Of a stretch of 64,000 bases of DNA, positions 26,701 to 37,489 are shown in pieces. The position numbers and the translations under genes were made by a program. The notes beneath the pieces are model-generated. The model searched no databases. It was given only the letters and a program-made list of their open reading frames with translations, and was not told the origin of the DNA. This DNA comes from Styela clava. Its lineage: Eukaryota. The stretch spans positions 2,852,001-2,916,000 of the forward strand of contig NC_135256.1 of NCBI RefSeq assembly GCF_964204865.1. The letters are read 5' to 3'. Each line of letters begins with the position of its first letter. The first letter of the stretch is position 1.

Positions 26701-28457
26701 TAATGAAACCGTATGCTTATAATGCAAGGATGCTGTAGCAGGAATAAACATGACTATACTATGCAATTCAAGAGTCGTGCTGCACACTAACAAAAATATA
26801 TTTCTGTAACGTTTCTGACCAAAATCAGACATTGTTGTAAACTGCTTGTCTGAGGAAGTCTGATCTTGGTCAGACGAAACGTTACAAAAATACATTTGTG
26901 TTAGTGTGCAGCAGGACTCTAGAATTTTGAATTGCATAGAAAGTTCAGTTAATTTAAATAGCATGTTCCTAACTCTTGCTCCATTCCCTCTGCCTTTGTG
27001 TTAGTTAATCTGTACCTCAAACCATGCAAGTATTATGGTGCATTATGACATAGGTTCTCAAAGTGCTTCATACAGAGCCCAAAATTTCTGTGAGAGAAAC
27101 CTAGGGGCTCTGGGAGTTATTCATTTATTTGTTAAAATACTGACTTGGCTAATTTCGTAACTTTCCAAAGAAGAATAAACGACATAAATAAAATTTGACA
27201 ACGAGACGGTATTTCAAATATGACATCTATTTCAGGGGTTCCCAAATCATGGGTCGCGACCCCAAATTGAGTCGGAGTGATAAGTAGGTAGGGTCGCAAA
27301 CACGTCATGGGGTCGCTGAGGTATGGTAGAGGATAGATGTACAAAACATCTAAGATTCGACAAACCATGTTAAATTTAGCAGTTTGTACCATGGCTTACT
27401 GTAAAACAGGCCCATAAACATCGCTCTATGCTTATGCTATAGAAAATGTAGGTGCTTATTGTGACATCACTGTTTGGTTTTAGCTTATTTTAGTTAATAC
27501 CACCACATGACCAAACTCAAAAGTCCAGTGAAAGTAGCTCTATATCTCTGATCTATATCTATATGTTCCAATATACGGGCCAAATTTCAATTACAGACTT
27601 ATTGCGACAGTATGAATTTTTTTGAATACAAAGCAGTATATACACACGAGTCACTAAATAAATTAATTTCAATTTAGGAACATTAATTAGTAACTAACGA
27701 TGTGCTGTTTTTTCTGTATAATAAGACAATGTATTACATCACAATGTAAACTTCAACTATTTAATTTTTTGTGCCCGCTTGCTCCAGCTTGGACTATGGA
27801 AAAGAAGAAAGGTTTCACTATTATTACTTTTTATGCTTTTTGATTTTCATTGTTTAAATAACATTCAAATCACTTTTCATCCAAAATAAATTTGTTAAAG
27901 TTGTAAAATTGAAATAATGCATGATACTCTTCCCAAACCATTGACCAATTATGGACCGCATAACAATTTTCGCCGAATTTAGGTGACATAGTTTCACACT
28001 TCATGTTTTTACCTTTTTTTGTTCTAAATATCGCCAATTGTGGCACCCGTAGTGTGTGTACCAGGTTAGGCCATAACTTTATTCCGATTTCTTTTATTTT
28101 AGTTCTATTACGAATTTGAGGACTGTCGCTGTAAGCCAAGTGAATATACCCCCTGCTCATAGGCTTCAGTCCCTTTACACAACTTGATGTAAAGTAGGCG
28201 AACAAAATTATTTACCTCCGTATTGATACACACACTTCTGAAGCGCCGAACTCTTAATGCAAATGATTGTAAAAGGGTCTCGCAATTGGACCAGTGGACT
28301 GTGTAGTGACTTATTCAATTTCAAACATATCTCAATGCTTATCTAACCAATCCCTCTCATCCAGGACAAAGAATCAACATCAGTTCGAAGATCAAAGCGA
28401 CATTCAAAAGCACAATCATATCATGAAGGAAGTTTAGATGAGAGGGATAGAGAATGA
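17686..28457 (+). CDS. REEP: Receptor expression-enhancing protein, REEP1-4 subfamily (TB2/DP1/HVA22); 8 coding exons, 364 aa
   Basis: Exons 17686-17717, 18507-18579, 19948-20111, 21871-22018, 22514-22748, 24707-24901, 26475-26629 and 28365-28457. All introns are GT-AG with compatible phases, and the total is 1095 nt. Translation includes [28 protein letters not shown]...[13 protein letters not shown]...WLPFYYEIK...LSPYTKGA...FVHPTL...[17 protein letters not shown]. Confidence 0.9.
18507..18579 (+). CDS. REEP: REEP coding exon 2
   Basis: tctcag| [24 protein letters not shown] |gtaagt. Confidence 0.92.
18636..18853. mobile_element. hAT MITE in REEP intron 2
   Basis: CAGT...CACTG ends; TSD CTTTAGAT/CTTTAGTA (6/8). 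Confidence 0.6.
18874..19314 (+). mobile_element. Internally deleted hAT (Charlie/SPIN/Buster-like) element
   Basis: CAGAGGTCGGCAACCT...AGGTTGCCGACCCCTG TIRs, TSD GTTTAAAG/GTTTAGAG. It retains [16 protein letters not shown], resembling the transposase N-terminus. A second copy is inverted at about 39122-39450. Confidence 0.75.
19948..20111 (+). CDS. REEP: REEP coding exon 3
   Basis: tttcag| [13 protein letters not shown]...[10 protein letters not shown](K) |gtaagt. Confidence 0.93.
20184..20409 (+). mobile_element. Merlin-like MITE (TTAGGG-bearing family)
   Basis: GG...CC termini, TSD CATTTATT/GATTTATT, internal TTAGGGTTAGG. Confidence 0.75.
20612..20721. mobile_element. Short palindromic Merlin-like MITE
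   Basis: Near-complete hairpin with CAAGATG and GGTTAGGGTT motifs. Similar copies at 40343-40452 and 63581-63690. Confidence 0.7.
20931..20972 (-). ncRNA. Minimal type I hammerhead ribozyme motif (antisense arm)
   Basis: The reverse strand reads TTGT CTGAGGA A GTCTGAC-TCTG-GTCGGAT GAAA CGTT ACAG. Confidence 0.7.
21054..21095 (+). ncRNA. Minimal type I hammerhead ribozyme motif (stem III variant)
   Basis: TTGT CTGAGGA A GTCTGAC-TCTG-GTCGGAC GAAA CATT ACAG: core, 7-bp stem II and stem I TTGT/ACAG. The stem-III palindrome is broken by G>A. Confidence 0.7.
21871..22018 (+). CDS. REEP: REEP coding exon 4
   Basis: tcacag| [14 protein letters not shown]...AAVK |gtaagt. Confidence 0.92.
22139..22361 (-). 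mobile_element. Merlin-like MITE (TTAGGG family)
   Basis: Inverted family copy; TSD CAATTTTT/CAATTTCC. Confidence 0.65.
22514..22748 (+). CDS. REEP: REEP coding exon 5
   Basis: tctcag| [17 protein letters not shown]...AEQ |gtaggt. It contains the RSFS-like motif of REEP1-4. Confidence 0.85.
22768..22978 (+). mobile_element. Merlin-like MITE (TTAGGG family)
   Basis: TSD CAAGAATG/CAGGAATG; GGTTAGGGTTAGG. Confidence 0.7.
23582..23817. mobile_element. Merlin-like MITE (CAAGATGGCGG + TTAGGG subfamily)
   Basis: TIRs GGGGCTCCCGAAGTATGCGAACCAAGATGGCGGACATCGGAA; perfect 8-bp TSD CAAATTTT. Confidence 0.85.
24707..24901 (+). CDS. REEP: REEP coding exon 6
   Basis: cttcag|...|gtaagt, phase 1 at both ends, open frame. 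An alternative in-frame acceptor lies 6 nt downstream. Confidence 0.75.
24925..25560 (-). mobile_element. tRNA-derived SINE (host copy, split by a nested SINE)
   Basis: 3' part at 24925-25120 and 5' tRNA-like head at 25474-25560 (B box GGTTCGAATCCC on the minus strand). Confidence 0.75.
25136..25470 (+). mobile_element. tRNA-derived SINE (full length)
   Basis: A-box-like head, B box GGTTCGAATCCC, body with CTTCCTCCACCA and an (ATCCT)n tail. Multiple copies occur in the window. Confidence 0.85.
25951..26351. mobile_element. hAT MITE
   Basis: CAGTGTTCCCTCT...AGAGGGAACATTG; TSD GGTGGTGG/GGTGGTTG. Confidence 0.75.
26475..26629 (+). CDS. REEP: REEP coding exon 7
   Basis: tcacag|...RRKKSSKK|gtgagt; phases compatible. 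Confidence 0.75.
26648..26939. mobile_element. Second Penelope-like hammerhead fold-back element (opposite orientation)
   Basis: Homologous to 20883-21255 including the tail; inverted arms; flanking repeat AAAGCTCAGTTA/AAAGTTCAGTTA (11/12). Confidence 0.7.
26846..26887 (+). ncRNA. Minimal type I hammerhead ribozyme motif (intact)
   Basis: TTGT CTGAGGA A GTCTGAT-CTTG-GTCAGAC GAAA CGTT ACAA: intact core, 7-bp stem II, palindromic ACGT stem III, GUU triplet and stem I TTGT/ACAA. Confidence 0.75.
28042..28247 (+). mobile_element. Merlin-like MITE (TTAGGG family)
   Basis: High similarity to the other copies; TSD degraded. Confidence 0.65.
28365..28457 (+). CDS. REEP: REEP terminal coding exon
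   Basis: atccag| [15 protein letters not shown]...RDRE* in phase 0. Confidence 0.7.
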   Translation, partial: DKESTSVRRSKRHSKAQSYHEGSLDERDRE

Positions 28458-28670
28458 GGTTACTATGAGTCATTGACCTGGAGTTATGACCTTAGGGGTA
28501 ACTCTGGGTCATTGACCCTTGCTATTGGTCAATGATTTGATACAATTTATAAGACTATCAGTGAACAACCAAGGATGGCTTTTGGTTACTTTTTGGGGTT
28601 ACTGTGGTTCAAAGATGAAGGTTACTATGGGTCAATGACCCAAACCACTGTCCTTAAAGGTCAGTGAACT
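28457..28670. promoter_or_regulatory. Cluster of nuclear-receptor-like DR4 and IR1 half-site repeats in the REEP 3' UTR
   Basis: AGGTTActatGAGTCAtTGACCT, GGGTAActctGGGTCAtTGACCC, GGGTTActgtGGTTCA, AGGTTActatGGGTCAaTGACCC and AGGTCAgTGAACT within 215 bp. Function is inferred only. Confidence 0.4.
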
Positions 28671-28956
28671 TTAAAAGTACTGTGATTGATGTTGCAAAGA
28701 AATGTCAATGGAAGCTTTTGATTGGTTAGCTCAGTTACTTTTATATATTGCTTTTATTGCCATTCTCTGCTGGTTATTATGAAGGGTTTGAAATGAACTA
28801 TTTTTTGATACGAATAGCTTTATAGGAAATGCTTTATGAATGTTGCTTAAAAAATCTGCTGAATAGTTTGGGTGTTTTCTGCGTTTTTGGTACAATTTTG
28901 CTGAGTAAGCGTATTTTTATAGTATTTGAGCTTCATAGCTTTGATGAATGCTATGC

Positions 28957-29102
28957 AGGGTGTCCATAAAGTTGCAATTTGAAGTCGGTTCTTGATACAT
29001 TCTCAACCAGGTTGGCTTTATTTTAATCAGTTGTGGGACTATATATCATATAGACAAATTCCTTTTGCAATTGGACAATTCTAAGACTTTATGAACACAC
29101 TG
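28957..29102. mobile_element. Tc1/mariner-type MITE
   Basis: CAGGGTGTCCATAAAG...CTTTATGAACACACTG followed by TA. Confidence 0.55.
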
Positions 29103-29236
29103 TATATGCTAGACCAGGGTTGAATACTTTTTGATATTTCAGATACAAAATAGTTATAAATCTGGTTTTAAAGTTAAGTCTGGGTTGAAAATCCTCGATC
29201 AGGCTTATTTCATATTCAAATCATAGCACATTTTTT

Positions 29237-29668
29237 GGTACTTCCTAAGTATGTGAACCAAGATGTCGAACACCGGAACGTAGTATGTGTACCAGGTAAG
29301 GGTTAGGCCATAATTTCAGGTACAAATACTACGGGAGTCACTTGGATAGCCCCTTAACTTGTAATCTAACTAAAACTAGAGCTGCGTGCAGCTTTAACAG
29401 GCTTCCCGCGTAAAAAAAAATTTGCATTTCATTGCTAGCTGAGAACTTCTGCACATTTGAGGTGAATTTCAAGTTTGTAGGACCAATTTGAAAAAATAAT
29501 AATAATAAATAAATAATAATAATAATAAAACACAGGAATACAATAGGTTCCCTGCTGACAAGCAGCGGGAAGCCTAATAAGAGAAATTGGAATAAAATTA
29601 TGGCCTAACCCTAACCTGATACACATGCTACCATACTGCCATCTTGGTTCACATACTTTGGGATTACC
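29237..29668. mobile_element. Merlin-like MITE interrupted by a Helentron-like insertion
   Basis: TSD CATTTTTT/CATGTTTT; family TIRs. Confidence 0.7.
29374..29578 (-). mobile_element. DINE-1/HINE-like non-autonomous Helentron
   Basis: subTIRs AGGCTTCCCGC/GCGGGAAGCCT, an (AAT)n microsatellite, terminal hairpin AGCTGC-GT-GCAGCT, a CTAGTT end, and insertion into a T run with no TSD. Confidence 0.7.
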
Positions 29669-31322
29669 CATGTTTTTTGCTGATTTTATTGCTTAAATTT
29701 TCGTCTGACAAAAGACACTGACACTGACACTTGTGAACTGCTTGTTTGACAGCGTCTGACTTTGGTCAAACATAACATCACAGAATAAAATGTAATAAGG
29801 TATTCAAAATACTTGAGCCATTCAATTATGGACATTTCAATGATTGCTCGTTAGATCCTATTTTCAATGTTAGACAATACTACTACCTAGTCAGCCCATA
29901 ATTTTCTTTATTTATATATACGTAATGGGAAAAATTTAAGTGCAATATTGGACTTGGATGTTTTTCTGAAACTATGAGTTTGTTTTGAGCACTGCTTTTG
30001 AATTCAGCAAACAAAACACCTTTATCAGAAACAAAGTAATCCTATACCCGACATCAACTGGTAACCAGATAAGAGCCGGTAGTTTCATATGATTAGACTG
30101 TCTTATGGGCTTTCAACTCGTCCGGGTAGATATGAAAATCCTATCCAAGAGTGACTAAAATTGAATAATGACAATTCGAATTACGTCTTGAAATAAAGAT
30201 GCCGAATATGGAATATATACATTATAAATTATGCCATGTTTAACAGAGGTAACATTGAATTTACTGTGTTTACAACACACAGTCCATGCATCTGAAACAT
30301 CTAACTGGCCAACTAATCCCATACCCGACATAGATGGTAACCGGACGAGAGGCATGTTTCGCAATATGATTAAGCCTCTTATTGACTTTATTCTCCACTC
30401 CACCATGGGTAAATATGTAAAAATCCCAACACAACCCTCCCGCAAGCCTCTACAGACCCCATGGAATATCATATTTGCAGGAGAACGATTTGCATATGCA
30501 TATTTTAAATGTCTTTTAATTATTGCAACACAGCTAGTAACATTGCACACAAAATTAGCCTTGTTTTTTGCGTTCACTCTGCCTTTGCAGGGTGTCGGTT
30601 TTTGACTGTTTATCTTCACCAAATTTCTCTTGTATAGTTTGCTGACCTATCTTCAATTAGGAATACGGTTTAGTTTTAAAATAATTTGAAATTAATTCTC
30701 CTTAGATCTATTTTAAATTACCGTCAAAATTTTTTTTCTGTAAAGATTTGCCAATTTAAAAAAAATATTTTTGTAAAGTTCCAATCAATAGTGAGTAAAA
30801 ATATATTAAGAGTGTCCCTGTTGTGTCAAAACTGTTTTTTCTGTAAGGATTGTGAATTTTAAAAAGAAATTTTATTGACTGAAATTTAGCATATATCAAG
30901 GGTGTCACTGCTTGATAACCATTTGGTTTGAATATGGACATCACTATCTGTAACATATCCAAAAATTTTAACGACTTTTTTTTTTTACAAACATTTGTCA
31001 AGTTTTTCTCTCTGGTTCAAATTATCCAATTCACTGAGGCAGCTTAGTTTGAGAAGCATTATATAGATTGCCATTATCCTATTGCTTTTTGCATTATTTT
31101 TTTTTCTATTTCACAGGCCTGCTTGTAATAAGCTACCTTTCATTTTTTAATGTTCATTCTTTCACACATCAAGTGCTGCTTCTAGTTCATTGTACAGGGG
31201 TGTATACCGGCTTAAAGTCATTCAAAATAAGCGCATTGTTGATGAATTGGGTTAATTAGTATCAAGGATATTCAAAACTGAATAAGTTGTTATTCTGAAC
31301 ACATTCCAGAATAAAATTTTTG

Positions 31323-31568
31323 GGTACTCCCGAAGTATGTGATCCAAGATGGCAGACACCGGAACGTAGTATGTGTACCAGATTATGGTAGGGCCATAAT
31401 TTTATTCCAATTTTGCTTATTTTAGTTCTATTAAGGGTTCGAGGACTAGCCAAGTGACTCCCGTAGTATTTGTACCTAAAATTATAGCCTATTCTTAACT
31501 TGGTAGTTGGTACACATACCACCACGTTCCAGTGTCCGCCATCTTGATTCAAATACTTTGAGAGTACC
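31323..31568. mobile_element. Merlin-like MITE
   Basis: Family TIRs; TSD AATTTTTG/AATTTTCA. Confidence 0.7.
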
Positions 31569-34525
31569 AATTTTCAAGTATGTTCTGTTGAATATGTTTA
31601 AACATTCCACACCATATTAATCAATGTCATGGTGTTTGTTAGTAGCATAGTTCAATTTAGAGTACTGGTATATTTCATTTCTTTGACTTTGAAACATTTC
31701 TTGGAATGCATTCAGAACAGTGAATTGATAAGTTTTGTTAGTTTCATTTGCTCTGAATCAACTTTGAATCTATCTCATGACCATCTTTGCTATGGATTCA
31801 AATTTATTCTCTTGCCACACACTTCATATAGCTCTCCATAGTAATCATTACACCATGACATCCACAATAAACAATCATTTTTGGGTAATCCCGTAGTTCC
31901 CGTAGTATGTGTACCAGATTAGGACATATTTTATTTCGATTTCCTGTATTATAGTTTTATTACGAGTTCAGGGACTGCCCGTGTTAGTCAATTGAAATAC
32001 CACATGCCCATAGTTTTGAGTCCCTTTACACAACTTGATGTAAAGTAGGCGAACCAAATTAGTTACCTCCATATTGGTACTAATGGTACATGCACTTTTG
32101 GAGCGCTCTTTTTTGTATTTCAATGTTGGGTACACTTGTCTCATATCAAACTAATCTAAAAAACTGGCTTATGTTCATCGGATGTATTCAGAGCCCTGCT
32201 CTGAACAAAGCTCCAGACAGGTTTACATTCTATTTTGGCATATTATAGCCCCATCTGATTTTTCATTCATAACAACTTTATGATTAGCTTTGCATATATG
32301 ATTTTTGGGTATTTGAAAAGATAATTTAAACTTAAATTTTGATGAATGTATGATTTTGATACTGAGCTTTGTAACTTTTTATCTGAAAGTATCATATTTT
32401 CAGTCAATTATGTTATGACTTCTTATCCTGCATGCAAAGCAATTAGAGTTTTGTGCCAAATATATGTGACGTTGATTTTAGGAATTATGGTCATTACTTG
32501 TGAAACATACAATGTTTGTAGTTTGTAGATCACAAACATTGGAATTGATGAAATCTTTATTAAAACTAACAAAGTTTTTATCAAATTTGCGAACATTTGT
32601 TACTTTGTCATATTTTTCACATGTATCTCGTGTGTTTTTCTCAAGTGGCTATCAAAATGAGTACATATATCCTCTCATAAAAACCGACCTCCTAAGAATG
32701 GCCCTAAAACGGTGAATTTGCCAACCCTACAAATCCTAACACGCTGCACGCACATATCACAGCAAATGGTTGCAGAAGAGATTTAATGAAAATTATAGCC
32801 ATTATTGTTGTTTTACTTTCATCAATAATGTAGGAGAGTCAAAAAATCCTTCAAATTCATCCTCACTACAACTGTCAATCCATTTAGTGCGAAAAGAGTT
32901 ATGTGCGTTGCGTATAAGGGAACCCCTGTAGTTTGGCAACTTTTAGCTTTAAACTCTGCTTATATGCAAGATACATACTTTGACTTATCATTAAAATTAC
33001 TCTCAATCCGGCTACACATTGGAGAAAAAAATGAATCAATTCCGGGCTCAAATTAATCAGCAAACTAAAACACTGCTTTTCTGCTCTTCACCAAAGTAGT
33101 AGCTTTCCTATCAAAATGACTATATTTGCCATCAAAATTTACATAATCTTTTTTTCAAGTTTATTAGCCCATTTCTTGTGTCTATTGAAAATACTGGTTG
33201 TTTTATCATCCAAATTACTCTTTCTCTATAAACAAACGAGTTTTTAATGTACCGGGGTATAACTGATTTGATTTAACAAAGGCCATAATTGGGGGGGGGA
33301 CCACTGTTTCGGTGAAATGGTGTCCTATAAATCCGGTTATCTCAAACTCAGAAGAAAATAGGTCATCTGGGGAAAATGCTTTATCTAACCTTATTCTATA
33401 GAAGAGATGTACCGCCAAAGGTGGTATCTGTTAAACTCTAATTAATGTTCTTATTTCTGCCCAGAGTTTATTCAAAACCCAAGTTTTTTCTGAAAACTAA
33501 TTTAAAAATAATTTTGAGATATATTTGAGATATGAGCGATACGACTGAAATAATATTTTTTTACAACCATGATTTGTTTTTTCAAGGTATTTTGACTTTT
33601 ATTCAACATGTTCAGTTCATTTATCACAATGTCAAAGGTATTTAGCAACTTCATATACCCCCCTATGAGAGAACTATTCATTTGGTTAATAGGACCAGGC
33701 CAGCAATCTTATTTCCAGCTTAGGACTCACAAGATATTTTAATTAAGCAAGTTTATTTTGCTTGTTGCTTCCTTGAAGCAAACAATCTGTTGCACTTCTG
33801 TTTATAATATTTCGCCTGTGATATTTTTGCCTTTATATATTTTGCTTATTATGGGTGATGATGTAGTAATACATGGTTGTGGTGCGAAATGATTCTTTCT
33901 GCTTGAAATGGGATTAAAGATAGAAATTTCACATACCGGTACTTATCCCAAGGATATGAAAGTCTCTTGTCTGTTTACCAGGCCATGTCTGGTATGGAAT
34001 TAGTAGGCCAATTATTTGATTTGTTTCGATTTCATGGTGTAGGCTAGCAGTTACAGTCCTTACATGGGCACACTACGGCCCAAATCCGGCCCGTTTGGTA
34101 ATTCAATCAGGCCCGCCTGGTGCTTCAACAACATAAGTGAAAACAAATGTTTTAGCTAAAAATAACTCGAAGAATTTGTTGAGATTGCGGTTAAATTTAG
34201 TTTCGGAACGAGGCTTACTGTTTTCCACTTTTGTAACACTGTGGATAAAATTCTGTTTATAAGTGTAACTCTTTACGTCACACTTACATGGCCCGACAGT
34301 CTAGGGGGGGGGGGGGGGGGGATTTTTTGGCCCCTGGTCTTAAAACCTTGCTCACCCCTGGGTTACACGAACCACTTTATATGAGAGCGAGGAGTTTAGC
34401 ATTCCTCACATGATTCGAACCCACGCAAGGTAATCAGAAGTGCAATGACAAGCGTATTCCTGACGCTTATGGGTGGCATATGGTGACTAGCGACTCTGCT
34501 GATAGTTTGCGTAGGAGGCTATGCG

Positions 34526-34817
34526 GGTACTCACTCCCGAAGTGTGCGAACCAAGATGGCGGACACCATAACGTAGTATGTGTACCAGGTTAGGCCAAAA
34601 TTTCAGGTACAAATACTACAAGAGCCACTTGGCTAGTGCCCGAACTAAAAACCAGGTTAGGGTTAGGCCATAATTCCAGGTACAAATACTACGGGAGCCA
34701 CTTGGCTAGTCCCCGAACTAAAATAAGGAAAGTTGGTATAAAATCATGTCCTAATACTAACCGGGTACACATACCACGTTCCGGTGACGCCATTGGTTCT
34801 CATACTTCGCGAGTACC
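34526..34817. mobile_element. Merlin-like MITE with internal duplication
   Basis: Perfect 8-bp TSD GCTATGCG; internal segment duplicated. Confidence 0.8.
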
Positions 34818-36248
34818 GCTATGCGTGGGTGGTTGGATGACACAACAGAGCTATAATAGCTGGGGTGCATTACCCCGGTGAGCGTGGAGACATGCGACCA
34901 AACGGAGAGTTTGGTTATGGTCAAGCTTCGGTTATTGGTGACACGTTGTTACTTGTAATTGAAACTTTGTACTGGTGTTTTAGGCCCTCCAGAAGTATGT
35001 GTACCAATATAGAGGTCACTAATTTTGTTTGTATATTTAAATAAGGAAAATCTGAATACAATTATGACCTAAACCTGGTACACATACTATGTGAGTACCT
35101 TTTTTATACAGGGCTACTACTTCGTGCCTTTTACTCAGAAAAAATCCTCATAAACGGCCACTTTTATTTAACAATATGTTAGTCGCTGCTATTTTTAAAA
35201 TGAAGTATAAATTCTCTCTCTCAGGGCAAACCTACCAAAATCCACCACTGGTCCTTGGTATATTTTAAACCTCATTAGAATCCACCAACATAAAATTATG
35301 AAGATGCAGTTTTTGTGCAAATTTTATTTGAATATAGATGTACATAATACATATGTATATAAAATCACAATCTGACCCAATAACAAGGTGCAGGATAAAG
35401 GCATAGTAAGCTAACTGTCCTCTAAGCCAAATTTGCTCTCTAACGATATTTGTTTCTTACAGTGAATGGTCTATTTTACCATATAAAAAATACAGGCATA
35501 TGTATACGTCATACAAATTAGTAAAAAGACGAATTCGCACAATTGATATGCTGCATGATATCTCATTGAGGACTAATAATGATTGAAACACAATTAGAAA
35601 AGTAATTTTATTTGTCAAATGACCAGAGTCAGTTTTTATGAAGAATAAAAATAAATATATTATATGCTCCAGAAGTATGTGTACCAATATGAAGATAATT
35701 AAATTTGATCGTCCATTTTACATCAAGTTGTGCAAAGGGACTGAAAGCTATGGGCAGGGGTATATTCACTTGGCTAACACGGACAGTCTCAGAACTCGTA
35801 ATAGAATAATAAGTTAAATCGGGATAAAACTATTTCTTAACCCCAACCTGGTACACATACTTCGGGAGTATCATATATTCTATTAATATTTCATTTACTG
35901 GGGGTGAATTTATTTGTCATGTTTAATAATAAAAATACATCAACGAAAGCAAGAGAATAAATGCATTATGGTAAAAGAATTAAACAAATCACAGTTGAAT
36001 AACTTTAAATCAGGGGTACCTTTAATACAAGAGGGCCAAATATAAATAACTGAATAAGACGCAAGGTAATTGGAATTATTCGCACATACTTTCTTAAAGT
36101 CGCGGGCCACACACCATTCAAAATTGACTCTTCTCCGCGGAACGCACAAAATTTCCTTGTGGACCGCGGGCCGCACTTTGCACACCCCCGCTTCAAATTA
36201 TGTAATTTCCCCTAGTAACTAAATGCTGATTAAAGAACCTTGGTTTAG

Positions 36249-37479
36249 TTAGACAGGTGAGCATGCTTGATCGATCGATGGCGACTTAGGAGCATTTCTA
36301 CCTGTTTTATTTATCGTGTTAAAATTATTCATATGGATGTCCTGAGACTTCTGACTACAAGGGATTTTGACGGGACCGTATCGGGTGTACGCAAAAAAAA
36401 TCCCGCCAAAACAAGGCCCGCCCCATTCAGAGCAAAGTTTATAGACACTTTGATTCAGAGATAAATGGATAGCTAGTACGTTGCCATAGAGACAATATTC
36501 ATCGTCGTAAACATTCACATTATATGAAATAGCTAGAGCGATTAAATTTTCAACAGAAAAAAGGATTGAAAATATGACATCGGCAATGTCGTCACTATCA
36601 ACAGAAGTCCAACTGAACAGAAATACACTGCTCCATATTAAGTGACGTGCAGCGTTTATACAACGCCTTCCCCCCTTCGGTTGGTTGCGAATGAACCCAA
36701 TCCCAATCAATACCCAGTGAATTCCCATAAAAAAGGCCGTCCACCACCCAGATATAAAACAAAACAAAAGAGCTATGCTCAAATATATGGACACGCAGCG
36801 CCACCCAGTGGCAATAATTTTGATGACGTTATAGCGAAAAAAAAGTAATAGCCTTCTGGAGAAAAATTTTATCTTTAACCACTGAAAATATCAAAGCAAT
36901 TGGTCCAGTATTCGAAGAGAAAAGCGATTTTTTTAAAATGGAGACGGAGACAAATAACAATAACAACAAAATTTTGAAACGATCGTTATGGCCACTAAAC
37001 GTGTCCAATAAACGAGAGAAAGAATTCGAGCCGACAGACAGACAGTTTTAATTACGGAAAGCAGAACAAATTTATACAGATCTTTGTTTGAGGGTTCACG
37101 TTCTTCATCTTCTTTCATAGTTTTTTCGGCTGATGATATAAAAGATATAGCAGCGGAAACATACAACTGTACATAAATATTCTCTCCACAAAATGAAAAA
37201 AGTAAGATTAATCTAAAGATCTGTGATGGATTTGACAGAAATTCCAATGCACTTGATGACTGATAAAATTTTCTCACCGGGGTCATCTCTGCCCCCTGAT
37301 TTCTTAATGATGATAAAGCCATACCAGATGAACACGATCCCACCCAAAACAAGCGACACCGTTGCCAGAATTGCTACAGTCTTACTTTCCGATTCCCAGT
37401 CGACAATCACCGAAAGAATATCAGTGTTATATCGCAAGAAAAGGCACTTTGCCACATTTATATTGCACTCCCAAAACAA
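36249..37479 (-). pseudogene. XK-related protein (XKR-like) copy 1, disrupted
   Basis: Multi-transmembrane fragments paralogous to 50678-51683 (ARIL, GIHWVL, ENLIA). Disruptions: in-frame TAG at 37213-37215, frameshifts, and a 218-bp TIR insertion at 36789-37006. Confidence 0.7.
36789..37006. mobile_element. Short TIR insertion within XKR copy 1
   Basis: GGACACG...CGTGTCC termini; absent at the aligned position of copy 2. Confidence 0.6.
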
Positions 37480-37489
37480 TACATCGTCA

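Noticed and set aside
34303-34321. Poly-G run / G-quadruplex
   Set aside because: Homopolymer inside a decayed hAT MITE; no evidence of function.
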